Below are positions 17,531 to 25,965 of a DNA stretch of 64,000 nt, one piece after another. Below the pieces are notes generated by a model. That model searched no databases, was not told the origin of the DNA, and saw only the letters and a program-made list of their open reading frames with translations. Every line of letters starts with the position of its first letter. The stretch's first letter is position 1. This DNA is from Candidatus Woesearchaeota archaeon (GTDB lineage: Archaea > Nanobdellota > Nanobdellia > Pacearchaeales > GW2011-AR1): NCBI GenBank assembly GCA_964572995.1, contig CAZNIA010000001.1, forward strand, positions 5,611 to 69,610, written 5' to 3'. A program made the translations under genes and the position numbers.

Positions 17531-18394
17531 TTAATTAATTTCTCCTAATAAAGTCTTAAGTCTTTCTATATCCCTTGACAAAGGGCTTTTTTTCTGAATT
17601 TCTTTTAAGGCTTCTGTATACTTCTGCACTTTATCAAGAAGCTTATCTAGCTCTTCTTTTTCTGCAAAATTAAGGGCTTTTGTTTTAAGGTAATCTATGT
17701 CTTTTGAATTTTGTTCTATGCTTGCTTTTGATTCTTGTAATTGAGAATTAAATGTATCTAAATCCTGTATTTTCTTTCTCATATCGCTGTAAATTGTTTG
17801 GACTTTATCTGTTTGAATGTTAATTGTTCCCTCTATCTTTTTTATTCCGATGAGCTCTTTTTTTATTTCTTCACTTAATTTAATTATTTCTTCTATTCCT
17901 CTAAAAAAGCTCATCTTACGACGCATATCTTTTAACTCTTCCATAACTTGATCTATTATTGCTTCATTACCTTCTAGATTTGCTTTCAAAGCTTCTATCT
18001 TAACGTTCTGTCTTTCTAAATCCATCATAAATTTATCTGGCTTTATTGATTCAACTAAATCTATTGCCTTTACAGCCTTTAGTTCCATTGTTTGAATTGT
18101 TCTATCTCTATCCAATATCATAGACCTCAATTCTCCTATTTGTTCGCTAATCCGAGTAAATCTTTCAGTAAAAGATTTTCTTACTTCTTGAAATGCTTCC
18201 TGCCCTGCTTTCAATCTATCAATTTCTGTAGATAATCTAAGAATATTCTGAGAATCAGAAGAATTTGAAGAAACTAATGGTTTTTCTTCTTGTGGGGGTT
18301 TTGTGACTTGTTCTTGACCTTCTTCTTTGGTTTCACCTTCTGAATCTGCCCCTTCTTCTCCTTCTTTTTTCTTGGATTTTAAAAAATCAAACAT
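17531..18394 (-). CDS. acidic coiled-coil protein (287 aa)
   Basis: Heptad-rich and E/K-rich with no TM segment. The 8-nt overlap with the upstream ORF suggests an operon. Confidence 0.5.
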   Translation of the reverse strand: MFDFLKSKKKEGEEGADSEGETKEEGQEQVTKPPQEEKPLVSSNSSDSQNILRLSTEIDRLKAGQEAFQEVRKSFTERFTRISEQIGELRSMILDRDRTIQTMELKAVKAIDLVESIKPDKFMMDLERQNVKIEALKANLEGNEAIIDQVMEELKDMRRKMSFFRGIEEIIKLSEEIKKELIGIKKIEGTINIQTDKVQTIYSDMRKKIQDLDTFNSQLQESKASIEQNSKDIDYLKTKALNFAEKEELDKLLDKVQKYTEALKEIQKKSPLSRDIERLKTLLGEIN

Positions 18395-18716
18395 TTAATA
18401 TCTCCTCTTCTAGTTTATTTAATAAAGAATTTATTTTTTTAAAATCTTTCTCATTAAAGTCTGTTCTTAATAAAAGTATCTTTGAATGGATTATATTTGA
18501 TTTTACTGTTAATAGATGCTTCATTTTTTTGTCTTTTAATTTTTTAAATTTTAAATCCAAATTAAGTTGTCTTAATTTTAATTCAGATATTAAAGTATTT
18601 TTTAAAATTTCCAATCTTTCTTTTTTATCTCTTATCCTGTTTATCTTCTTGTGTTTATCCTCATCAATAAAAGAAGAAGAAAACTTCTTCATCCTCTTTA
18701 ATTCTTTCATAAACAA
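18387..18716 (-). CDS. small K/E-rich coiled-coil protein (109 aa)
   Basis: ORF in operon context with low-complexity coiled-coil composition. Confidence 0.35.
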   Translation of the reverse strand: MFMKELKRMKKFSSSFIDEDKHKKINRIRDKKERLEILKNTLISELKLRQLNLDLKFKKLKDKKMKHLLTVKSNIIHSKILLLRTDFNEKDFKKINSLLNKLEEEILNV

Positions 18717-18773
18717 GATAGTCTAATTTAGTTTTTATCTCTTTTGTTTTTAAGATAAAAGTTTAAGTAGAAG

Positions 18774-21700
18774 TTATTCATTCTTTTGTTTCTTCTGTTC
18801 TTCTTTCTCATAAACTTCTCTTGCTTTCTTTGCTTCTTCAACTGATTTTTGTATTTCTGCTGTATCAAGCAATTTTTTCTCTACTTTCTTTGGCTTCTTT
18901 CCTATCTTTTCCCACTGCTTTTGTAATCTTGGCCCAAGGCCTTCAACATAAATATCTACGACAGAAAAATTACCTGTCATGAGCTTATCTTTAATTAATT
19001 TTAATTCCATCTTTAAATCAAAGATATCTACTTTTTCTTTTTCAAGTTGATTTATTTGGTTTTCAAAATCATCTATTATATCATTGTATTTATTGTATTT
19101 TTCTAGTTCCTCATCTGAAAGTCTTCTTGTGTTGTGAAGAATCGGTCTAAAGTTTACAAAGTAAGGTTTACCCTTGTTGTATTCTGCATTCTGGAACATT
19201 GCAACCCCGACTTCGGCTCTTACCAAAGATTTCAAAAATTCCTCCCCATATTTTGTTTTGATTCTCTCTAAATCAGATTCTTCTATTGTTCTTGTTTGAA
19301 TTTCTGTGTTTATATTTGCTTTAACTTCTCCGACAAAATCGCTTAATACCTGTGAAATTAAAACCACTCCCATACCCCACTTTCTGAATTCTCTACAAGC
19401 TCTTTCGATTTGCAAGAAACCTTCTCCACTTCCACCAAATTTTGAAAGCAATCTATGGACTTCGTCAAAAACAAGAAGAACTTTTAATTCCTGAGCTTCT
19501 TTTGGATCTGATTTGAATATTTGTCTTATTACACTTGCAATAAACATATCTATATCTTTTGGATCAAGTTTATTTAATGCAAATATTTGTATCTGTCCTG
19601 GATGAATATACTTCTCTATTTCTATTACTTCTCTTGCATGTGAAATTTGTCGTATGTTTCCGGGGAATGCTCTTGCATCAGTTGATTTTAACCCAAATTT
19701 AGGATAAAATGAAATCATTTTTTTATCTTCGCATTTTCTTAATAATCCAGACCACTGAGCGGTTGGATCAAATACAATTACAGCAACATTTTTTAAAAGA
19801 GCCTCTTCTACTAAAACCTGCGCAGAAATACTTTTACCCATACCTGTAGCTCCTGCAACAATCGCGTGAGTTTTCAATCTTTCTGGTTCTAAATATACTG
19901 GATGCTTAGATTCAGCAATCAAACCCAATTTAAAGAAACTTTTATCTGCTTTTGGCAATGTGGACAAGTCAAGAGAGATACCATATCTTTTTCTTTTTTC
20001 CTTGTATCTTTTATAAATAAATATATTTAGTAAAACAAAACTAATAAATGAAAGTATTGCAAAAAATACCCAAAGAGGTATTCCTAAAAAAGAATAAAGA
20101 TAAATCGGTCTACGTACTGAAAAAGGGGCCGTAACACTTGAAGAAAAACCAAGATATTTTGCATTAACTACAAACAAATAATCCCCTTCTGAAAAATTAG
20201 AAGGAATGTTTATATGGTCTACTATAGATAATGCCTTCCTTATTTCAACTTCTTGTATTTCTCTATGGTAAACTGTTGAATCTTCTTCTCCAATAATAAG
20301 TTTTTCTAGAACAACCTTGTATTCTTGATCTATTAAAAGATTTTGAAGATTAAGCTTGTAATTAAGATTCTCTCCTGGATTCACAATATTCTTAAACAAA
20401 TCTATAGATAATAAAAGGGTCTCTATTGGAAGTCTGTTCTCAATAATTTTTACTTTTACAGGTATTTCTTTTTCAACATCTCCGGATAACTTTAAAATAC
20501 CTTCATAAGTGCCGATTGGTTTTGTTCCATAAAAAGTTATTTTTATTTCTTCTCCTTTTCCTGGTTCAAGTATCAAAGCATCTCTATCTAACTTTACGAA
20601 ATCGCTTATATCTGAAGATAATGAAATAAGAAGATTCATATTTGTAGTTTTAAAATTATATATTCCGATAGTATCATCTACGAATGTATTCTGTCTTATT
20701 TCTTTGAAGATGTCTTTTGTACTTATCCAATAATCTTCCCCTGTTCTTTGTATTTCTTCTATAATCTTTTGTATCTCTTCTCCTGGCTCTTCTTCATATG
20801 GGCCTGTTGGATAAGGATTATTTGTTTGACCTAAATTAACTAAAGTCATAGTTATATTGTGATTGAAATTGGTTGTATTCTGATAGAAGAATAATATTGC
20901 ATAATAATTGTTAAAACCCAATGTTGTAGCAATTATTGGATAATTTTGTGGAATAATCTCCGGAGTAAGGGAATAATAACCATTCTCATCAGTAACTGTT
21001 GATTCTCCTGCAAGGTAAATATTTACTCCGTCCAATGGATTGCCTAATGTATCATTTACATATCCCCACACAAATGGGAAAATTACTTCTCCTGTGCTTG
21101 GAGTAGCCGAATGCATAGTTATATTTTTGTAAATCATATAATTTGAGAAGTTAACTGTGATATTTGAAAAATACTCGTCATACCCTTCTCCATATGCTAT
21201 TAAATTATGGCTTCCAGGCATTAAGTCTAAAGTAATATTGTATATCCCATTTGAATCAGTAGTATAATTTGATCCTGCAATTACAACAGTTATATTTTCT
21301 AATGGTACCCCGTTGGTATCCTTAACATAACCATGAACTGTTGTAGCAATAACTTCCCCCATTCCTCCTTCTGGACACTCATCGTAAGGATCTGTGAAAA
21401 AATAATATCTTTGTGTTGAAGAAGGCAACATAGGTAAAAGCATCTGAAAGTTAACTGTTGAATCTGGACTATACCCTTTTTGTAATTCTTCTATGTGTGT
21501 TACATAAACTAAATTTCCTTCTCCGTCTACCAAAATACCCAAATCAAAGACCCCATTTTCTCCATCCCATCTGTAAGTATGTGTTGAAGGAATGTTTGTT
21601 ATATTTGTAGGCCCCACCATAATCCACATAGTGTCCAAAAAAGTATTAGAAGCACAATCCACACCTGTGCTACACCCTGTCCAAGCATCTATTTGAGAAG

Positions 21701-22136
21701 TGTCCGCAGGGGTCAGAGATTCAAAATCTATTGTTGAAGATGTTGATGCATAAATTTCTCTTCCACCTACAGCATCCTGTTGCATGCAATCAAAAAATAG
21801 TCCTGCAGAAGTTATTTCTCCTGAAGTAATATCCTCAAATATTTGCTCTGTATATCCTGGAACTCTTAAAGCTAAACCATATAATCCATGCCAATAAAAA
21901 GTTTGAAATTTTAATGTTACATTTAATTCGGAAATATATCCTGCTTCTGAAGGGATATAGGTTAAAAATCCTGTAGAAAGTATATTGGTTATAAACATTA
22001 TACATATTATAAATGAGGAAAGCAAAGCAAAAGTCAATAATAAAAACTCCACTAAATCTTCTTTTCTTTTATTTTTTAATTCCTTATTTGCAATAACTAT
22101 TGTATTTTGAGAAGCTCTTTCCTCTTTTTTATTCAT
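18774..22136 (-). CDS. membrane-spanning FtsK/HerA-superfamily (VirB4/DUF87-like) P-loop ATPase (1120 aa). It has an N-terminal signal-anchor, a ~650-aa extracellular region with two carboxypeptidase-regulatory-like (transthyretin-fold) domains, a central TM helix and a C-terminal cytoplasmic ATPase
   Basis: Walker A is AIVAGATGMGKS and Walker B is VLLVFDEVHRLL; an R...SQ segment (RKWGMGVVLISQ) is also present. The TM helix is IPLWVFFAILSFISFVLLNIFIY. CarboxypepD_reg-like motifs are VHGYVKDTNGVPLENITVVIAGSNYTTDSNGIYNI and VWGYVNDTLGNPLDGVNIYLAGESTVTDENGYYSL. Confidence 0.8.
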   Translation of the reverse strand: MNKKEERASQNTIVIANKELKNKRKEDLVEFLLLTFALLSSFIICIMFITNILSTGFLTYIPSEAGYISELNVTLKFQTFYWHGLYGLALRVPGYTEQIFEDITSGEITSAGLFFDCMQQDAVGGREIYASTSSTIDFESLTPADTSQIDAWTGCSTGVDCASNTFLDTMWIMVGPTNITNIPSTHTYRWDGENGVFDLGILVDGEGNLVYVTHIEELQKGYSPDSTVNFQMLLPMLPSSTQRYYFFTDPYDECPEGGMGEVIATTVHGYVKDTNGVPLENITVVIAGSNYTTDSNGIYNITLDLMPGSHNLIAYGEGYDEYFSNITVNFSNYMIYKNITMHSATPSTGEVIFPFVWGYVNDTLGNPLDGVNIYLAGESTVTDENGYYSLTPEIIPQNYPIIATTLGFNNYYAILFFYQNTTNFNHNITMTLVNLGQTNNPYPTGPYEEEPGEEIQKIIEEIQRTGEDYWISTKDIFKEIRQNTFVDDTIGIYNFKTTNMNLLISLSSDISDFVKLDRDALILEPGKGEEIKITFYGTKPIGTYEGILKLSGDVEKEIPVKVKIIENRLPIETLLLSIDLFKNIVNPGENLNYKLNLQNLLIDQEYKVVLEKLIIGEEDSTVYHREIQEVEIRKALSIVDHINIPSNFSEGDYLFVVNAKYLGFSSSVTAPFSVRRPIYLYSFLGIPLWVFFAILSFISFVLLNIFIYKRYKEKRKRYGISLDLSTLPKADKSFFKLGLIAESKHPVYLEPERLKTHAIVAGATGMGKSISAQVLVEEALLKNVAVIVFDPTAQWSGLLRKCEDKKMISFYPKFGLKSTDARAFPGNIRQISHAREVIEIEKYIHPGQIQIFALNKLDPKDIDMFIASVIRQIFKSDPKEAQELKVLLVFDEVHRLLSKFGGSGEGFLQIERACREFRKWGMGVVLISQVLSDFVGEVKANINTEIQTRTIEESDLERIKTKYGEEFLKSLVRAEVGVAMFQNAEYNKGKPYFVNFRPILHNTRRLSDEELEKYNKYNDIIDDFENQINQLEKEKVDIFDLKMELKLIKDKLMTGNFSVVDIYVEGLGPRLQKQWEKIGKKPKKVEKKLLDTAEIQKSVEEAKKAREVYEKEEQKKQKNE

Positions 22137-22257
22137 CTAATAATTGTGTAAAGAAAATTAATAAAGTTTCCTATAAAAAAATTATATGATTAACAGAGGA
22201 ATTACCAAAAAGTATTTAAAGAATTTTCGGCTTTTCATCAAATAAAAGGGATGAAAT

Positions 22258-22968
22258 ATGGCTTTATCAAAAATGTTTAAAAAAAACAATGCTCCTGATG
22301 AATTACCTGATTTGGCAATAGATGAGTTAAAGAAAGATTTAAAGAAAGATTATTCTGAAAAAGAAGAGCCAAAAGAGACTCTCCCTGAATTAAAAAAAGA
22401 AATCCCTTCTACTCCAGAGATAGTTGAAGAAAAGCCTGAAGAAGAAAATACTGGTGAAGAAGAGAAAGAAGCTACTGAAGATCCAGAAGAGAGCGTTGAA
22501 GAAAACGAAGAAGGAGATTCTGAAGAAAAGCCTGAAGAAGAAAATACTGGTGAAGAAGAGAAAGAGATAAAACCTTCCGAAGAAGAAAAAATTAATTTAG
22601 AAAAAAGTTTCTTTAACCCGCTTATAAATGAATTGAAAAAAGAAAATTTTGATCCTGCAAAAATAAACGCCTGGTATCAAAAAAGATTTTCTGATAAGAG
22701 TGCTATTGAAGAAATGAAAGAATATTGGGAGAAGCAAAAAAATGAATTTATAACAGAGACAGTTGAAAAAGAGTTTAAAGCAAGAATAAATGAAAGGATG
22801 CATCATCTACAAAAATTAGAATTAGAATGGCAAGAGATATATGTAAAACTAGTTGAAAAGGAAGAAGAAATGAAAAAAGAAGAAAAAAGTATAAAAAAAA
22901 TAATAAAAGATTTTTCAGAAGTAGTTAAAAGAAAAGGAAATCTTAAAAAAGCGCATAAGTCTAGATAA
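22258..22968 (+). CDS. highly acidic E/K-rich protein (236 aa) with an internal tandem repeat
   Basis: The 45-bp segment gaagaaaagcctgaagaagaaaatactggtgaagaagagaaagaa occurs twice with a 93-bp period (22425 and 22518), giving the EEKPEEENTGEEEKE repeat. Confidence 0.5.
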   Translation: MALSKMFKKNNAPDELPDLAIDELKKDLKKDYSEKEEPKETLPELKKEIPSTPEIVEEKPEEENTGEEEKEATEDPEESVEENEEGDSEEKPEEENTGEEEKEIKPSEEEKINLEKSFFNPLINELKKENFDPAKINAWYQKRFSDKSAIEEMKEYWEKQKNEFITETVEKEFKARINERMHHLQKLELEWQEIYVKLVEKEEEMKKEEKSIKKIIKDFSEVVKRKGNLKKAHKSR

Positions 22969-22971
22969 TTA

Positions 22972-23277
22972 ATGAAAAAAAAGAAATCTCACAAAACAGC
23001 AATTATTGTCTTTTGGGCGCTGGTTATATTACTTATTATATTAACTTTAATTAATTTAAAATTTTGGAAATATTTAGAAAAAAAAGAAATAGTTTTTGTT
23101 CCTCTTCAGGATAGGTGTTCAATAATGTTTGATAATCTTCTACATACGATTAAAGATGAATCTGGATGTGAAAATTACTGTAGAGCAGAATGTATTACTA
23201 GAGGTATTGAATTTTATAAAACAGAATTTTATTTAAAAGAAGATTCTTGCAATATCTGTAACTGTTATTGTAAATAA
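22972..23277 (+). CDS. small membrane-anchored Cys-rich protein (101 aa)
   Basis: N-terminal TM IVFWALVILLIILTLINL and C-terminal CENYCRAECITRG...CNICNCYCK with 8 Cys. It starts 4 nt after the upstream stop. Confidence 0.45.
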   Translation: MKKKKSHKTAIIVFWALVILLIILTLINLKFWKYLEKKEIVFVPLQDRCSIMFDNLLHTIKDESGCENYCRAECITRGIEFYKTEFYLKEDSCNICNCYCK

Positions 23278-23279
23278 AA

Positions 23280-23891
23280 ATGGGAGATATAGAAGAAGAA
23301 TATTTAGAGGGTATTGAAAAAGAGGAAGAGTTGTTTCTAGAGGGACTTAAAAATAATAAAAACCTTGCTGAACTTGAAGAAAAGTATTCCAAAAAAGTAA
23401 AAGAGATAAGAAGAATCTATGAAAAATCATTGAAAAAAGATCTTTATAGTAAAGATGAGATAAAAAACTTGAAAAAAAAGGAGAATAACGTTAAAGAAGT
23501 CGATGAATTTAAGGCAAAGGGTTTTGAACTTGAAAAAAATAAGATTGAAAAAACAAAAATAAAGTTGGAATCTGCAAATTACAAGATTTCAAGAAAAATA
23601 AAAAATTTCTTTTATAAATTTATCCCAAACAAAAGTATATATTTTGTACATAAGTTAAAGATATCTTTAAGGGCAATTCATAAAACATTTAAAATAAGAT
23701 TAAAAAGAGTTATTACAAAAATACTCAATAATTTAAACACAGTGTGGGTGTATATTAAAGAGGGATTTATGAAGGTAGTATCTGAAATTAAAAGAGCATC
23801 TTTATATTTCAAAAAAAACAAGAAAGACAATAAAAAAGAGGATAACATTCAAAAAGAGGAAAAGAAAGATGAAGATGGAAATAAAGAATAA
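23280..23891 (+). CDS. K/E-rich coiled-coil hypothetical protein (203 aa)
   Basis: ORF in a tight + strand cluster; low complexity. Confidence 0.4.
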   Translation: MGDIEEEYLEGIEKEEELFLEGLKNNKNLAELEEKYSKKVKEIRRIYEKSLKKDLYSKDEIKNLKKKENNVKEVDEFKAKGFELEKNKIEKTKIKLESANYKISRKIKNFFYKFIPNKSIYFVHKLKISLRAIHKTFKIRLKRVITKILNNLNTVWVYIKEGFMKVVSEIKRASLYFKKNKKDNKKEDNIQKEEKKDEDGNKE

Positions 23892-24264
23892 TCCAAAGAT
23901 GAATATAAAAAGAGAAAAAATTGAGGATATCTTAAAAGATATCTCAAAAAATGTAAGGGAAATATTCTTGTTGTTTATTTCTGAGAATCTTATTGATCTT
24001 AAGAAAATAGAATTTAAGGGAGATTTAGAAAGCAATATAAAACAAAAAATAGAAGACGCTATTAAAGACAGATACCAAAATATGAATGAAACCTTCTCTG
24101 AATTAAGAAAATCTGGAGTGGATTTAGGAGTATTAAATTTTAAGCTAGTGATGATCCCCTTAAAAATAAAGGTATTTCTTGCAACTTATGAAAAAAAAGA
24201 TGCAGAAAATGTAATTAATCGTATTAAAGATATAGAAAACGAGATAAATAAAATAAAAAACTAG
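23869..24264 (+). CDS. hypothetical K/E-rich protein (131 aa)
   Basis: ORF overlapping the upstream gene by 23 nt. Confidence 0.35.
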   Translation: MKMEIKNNPKMNIKREKIEDILKDISKNVREIFLLFISENLIDLKKIEFKGDLESNIKQKIEDAIKDRYQNMNETFSELRKSGVDLGVLNFKLVMIPLKIKVFLATYEKKDAENVINRIKDIENEINKIKN

Positions 24265-25931
24265 TCATCATCTTTATCTCTTCTTCTAGCAATTATGAAG
24301 AATATTATAAATATCAAAATTATAAATATCAATCCAAATATAACATAGGTTAATGGATTAAATCTTTGATAATTCAACTCCATCCTTACTTCTTTTGTAT
24401 TTACTAATGAATCTCTTCTTTCCCCATAGTAAGAAACAACTTTAATGAAATTGTTTTTAGTTAAATCCGATTCAGTTAAAATTTCATACATGTATATTCT
24501 TTTTGATCTCTTTGGAAGTAATTTTTCTGATTCCTCTGTCCCAATTGTTTGAGTAATTCTATTTATAACAATATCCTTTAATTCAACGCTTGCCCAACAT
24601 TCTACAGACACTTTATTTTTTAATTTCACAACAAAAGAGTTTTCCTGTTTGTTGTATTTTAACCATTTTATATCTAATTCGCATCTGTCTATAATATTAA
24701 CCATCTCAATTTCGTATGTTCCTTGTAATACTCTATCCAGAGAAGCAGGTGATTCCCCATACAAAACATAAACTTCTGCAGATGCTTCTTCTCCAGAAAT
24801 AACCACTCCTTCATAAACAACTGTTTTAAAATCTCCTGGAGCAATAAATACTTCTTCTAAATCTCCTACTCTAATTGGGCCTGAAGGAGTAATAATTGTT
24901 ATTGTTCCCCTAAGATATGCTGGCATATTTGAATCACTTTTGTAAGTTATTTCCAATCTTGAACTTGCTTTATTGTATTTTATTGAATAAACTGAAATAT
25001 TTAAATTTGGAACAGGAATATAAAATAAATCCAAACCCTCAACAGGAGAAACTCCTGATGTCCTCTCTCTTGCACTTCTAGCAAACTTAACCATTACATT
25101 TATTCCCGTAGATTGTCGTATGTTTGTTGCTGCTCCAATAAGTTCATTTCCAATTAAAACTCCGATCTCTATTTCAGAAGATTTTATGTATTCTGCTATT
25201 TTTGGTGGAACGTTTTCTCTTCCTGTAAACAACATTGTGTTTTTACCTTGCATAATTTCTTTTTCTATAAATTCTCCGTTGCTTAAAATAATCTGATTTA
25301 TAGAGCCAACTGTAGAATATTTTTTTACTATCTCTATATTATCTTGAAATCTATCTCCTGTATTTATTATTTCTGGATTATACTTAGACAATGTCTCTGT
25401 TACTTCTGAATCAACATAACCATATAAAATTATTTTATCTGCTCTTCCTTGTAGAATTGAATCTATCTCGTCTATATTTCCTCTATTTGCTAAAAAAACC
25501 CAAGAATCTGTAGCTAATGAATATGCAACTACTGCCATAGAATTATATCCATAAGCATCTCCTACAACTATGAAGTTTCTTATATTTGGGAGTTCTCTGA
25601 TAAGTTCAAGATTAGCAGAAGAAACTTCTATTTCTTCTACAGAATTAAATCCTTTTGACCTGGCTAATGAGGGGTAATTGAAAACAAGGGGATTGTCTTT
25701 TGAAGAGATTATAATTAAATCATTATTTTTATTTATTCCGTCAAGCAAAGTCGGCCCATGTGATGTACTTACAAGAAAATCGGAATTTAATCCCCTTAAA
25801 TTAGCATACAAAACTGCTGAATAAACATCCTGCCAATCTGCAGAATTAGAAACAACATAATCTTCTGCATAAACTAAAGATAATGTAAAAACCAAACATA
25901 AAGCAAAAACAAATACAAATCTCTTTTTCAT
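24261..25931 (-). CDS. exported protein (556 aa) with signal peptide and C-terminal TM anchor
   Basis: N-terminus MKKRFVFVFALCLVFTLSLVYA and C-terminal LTYVIFGLIFIILIFIIFFIIARRRDKDDD. It lies directly downstream of giant gene 2. Confidence 0.6.
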   Translation of the reverse strand: MKKRFVFVFALCLVFTLSLVYAEDYVVSNSADWQDVYSAVLYANLRGLNSDFLVSTSHGPTLLDGINKNNDLIIISSKDNPLVFNYPSLARSKGFNSVEEIEVSSANLELIRELPNIRNFIVVGDAYGYNSMAVVAYSLATDSWVFLANRGNIDEIDSILQGRADKIILYGYVDSEVTETLSKYNPEIINTGDRFQDNIEIVKKYSTVGSINQIILSNGEFIEKEIMQGKNTMLFTGRENVPPKIAEYIKSSEIEIGVLIGNELIGAATNIRQSTGINVMVKFARSARERTSGVSPVEGLDLFYIPVPNLNISVYSIKYNKASSRLEITYKSDSNMPAYLRGTITIITPSGPIRVGDLEEVFIAPGDFKTVVYEGVVISGEEASAEVYVLYGESPASLDRVLQGTYEIEMVNIIDRCELDIKWLKYNKQENSFVVKLKNKVSVECWASVELKDIVINRITQTIGTEESEKLLPKRSKRIYMYEILTESDLTKNNFIKVVSYYGERRDSLVNTKEVRMELNYQRFNPLTYVIFGLIFIILIFIIFFIIARRRDKDDD

Positions 25932-25965
25932 ATTAGTAACCTTGAATGTAAATATTTAAAACTTT

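Noticed and set aside
17531-18394. Coiled-coil protein as possible ESCRT-III/CdvB or archaellum FlaC/D/E homolog
   Set aside because: Only generic coiled-coil and acidic composition is visible, with no diagnostic motifs and no neighbouring Vps4/CdvC or FlaI/FlaJ genes. I kept it as a hypothetical coiled-coil protein
24261-25931. 556-aa exported protein as a cell-wall-binding-repeat (CWB2-like) or periplasmic binding protein
   Set aside because: There is a vague resemblance in repeat organisation but no confident motif match. I left it as a generic exported, C-terminally anchored protein
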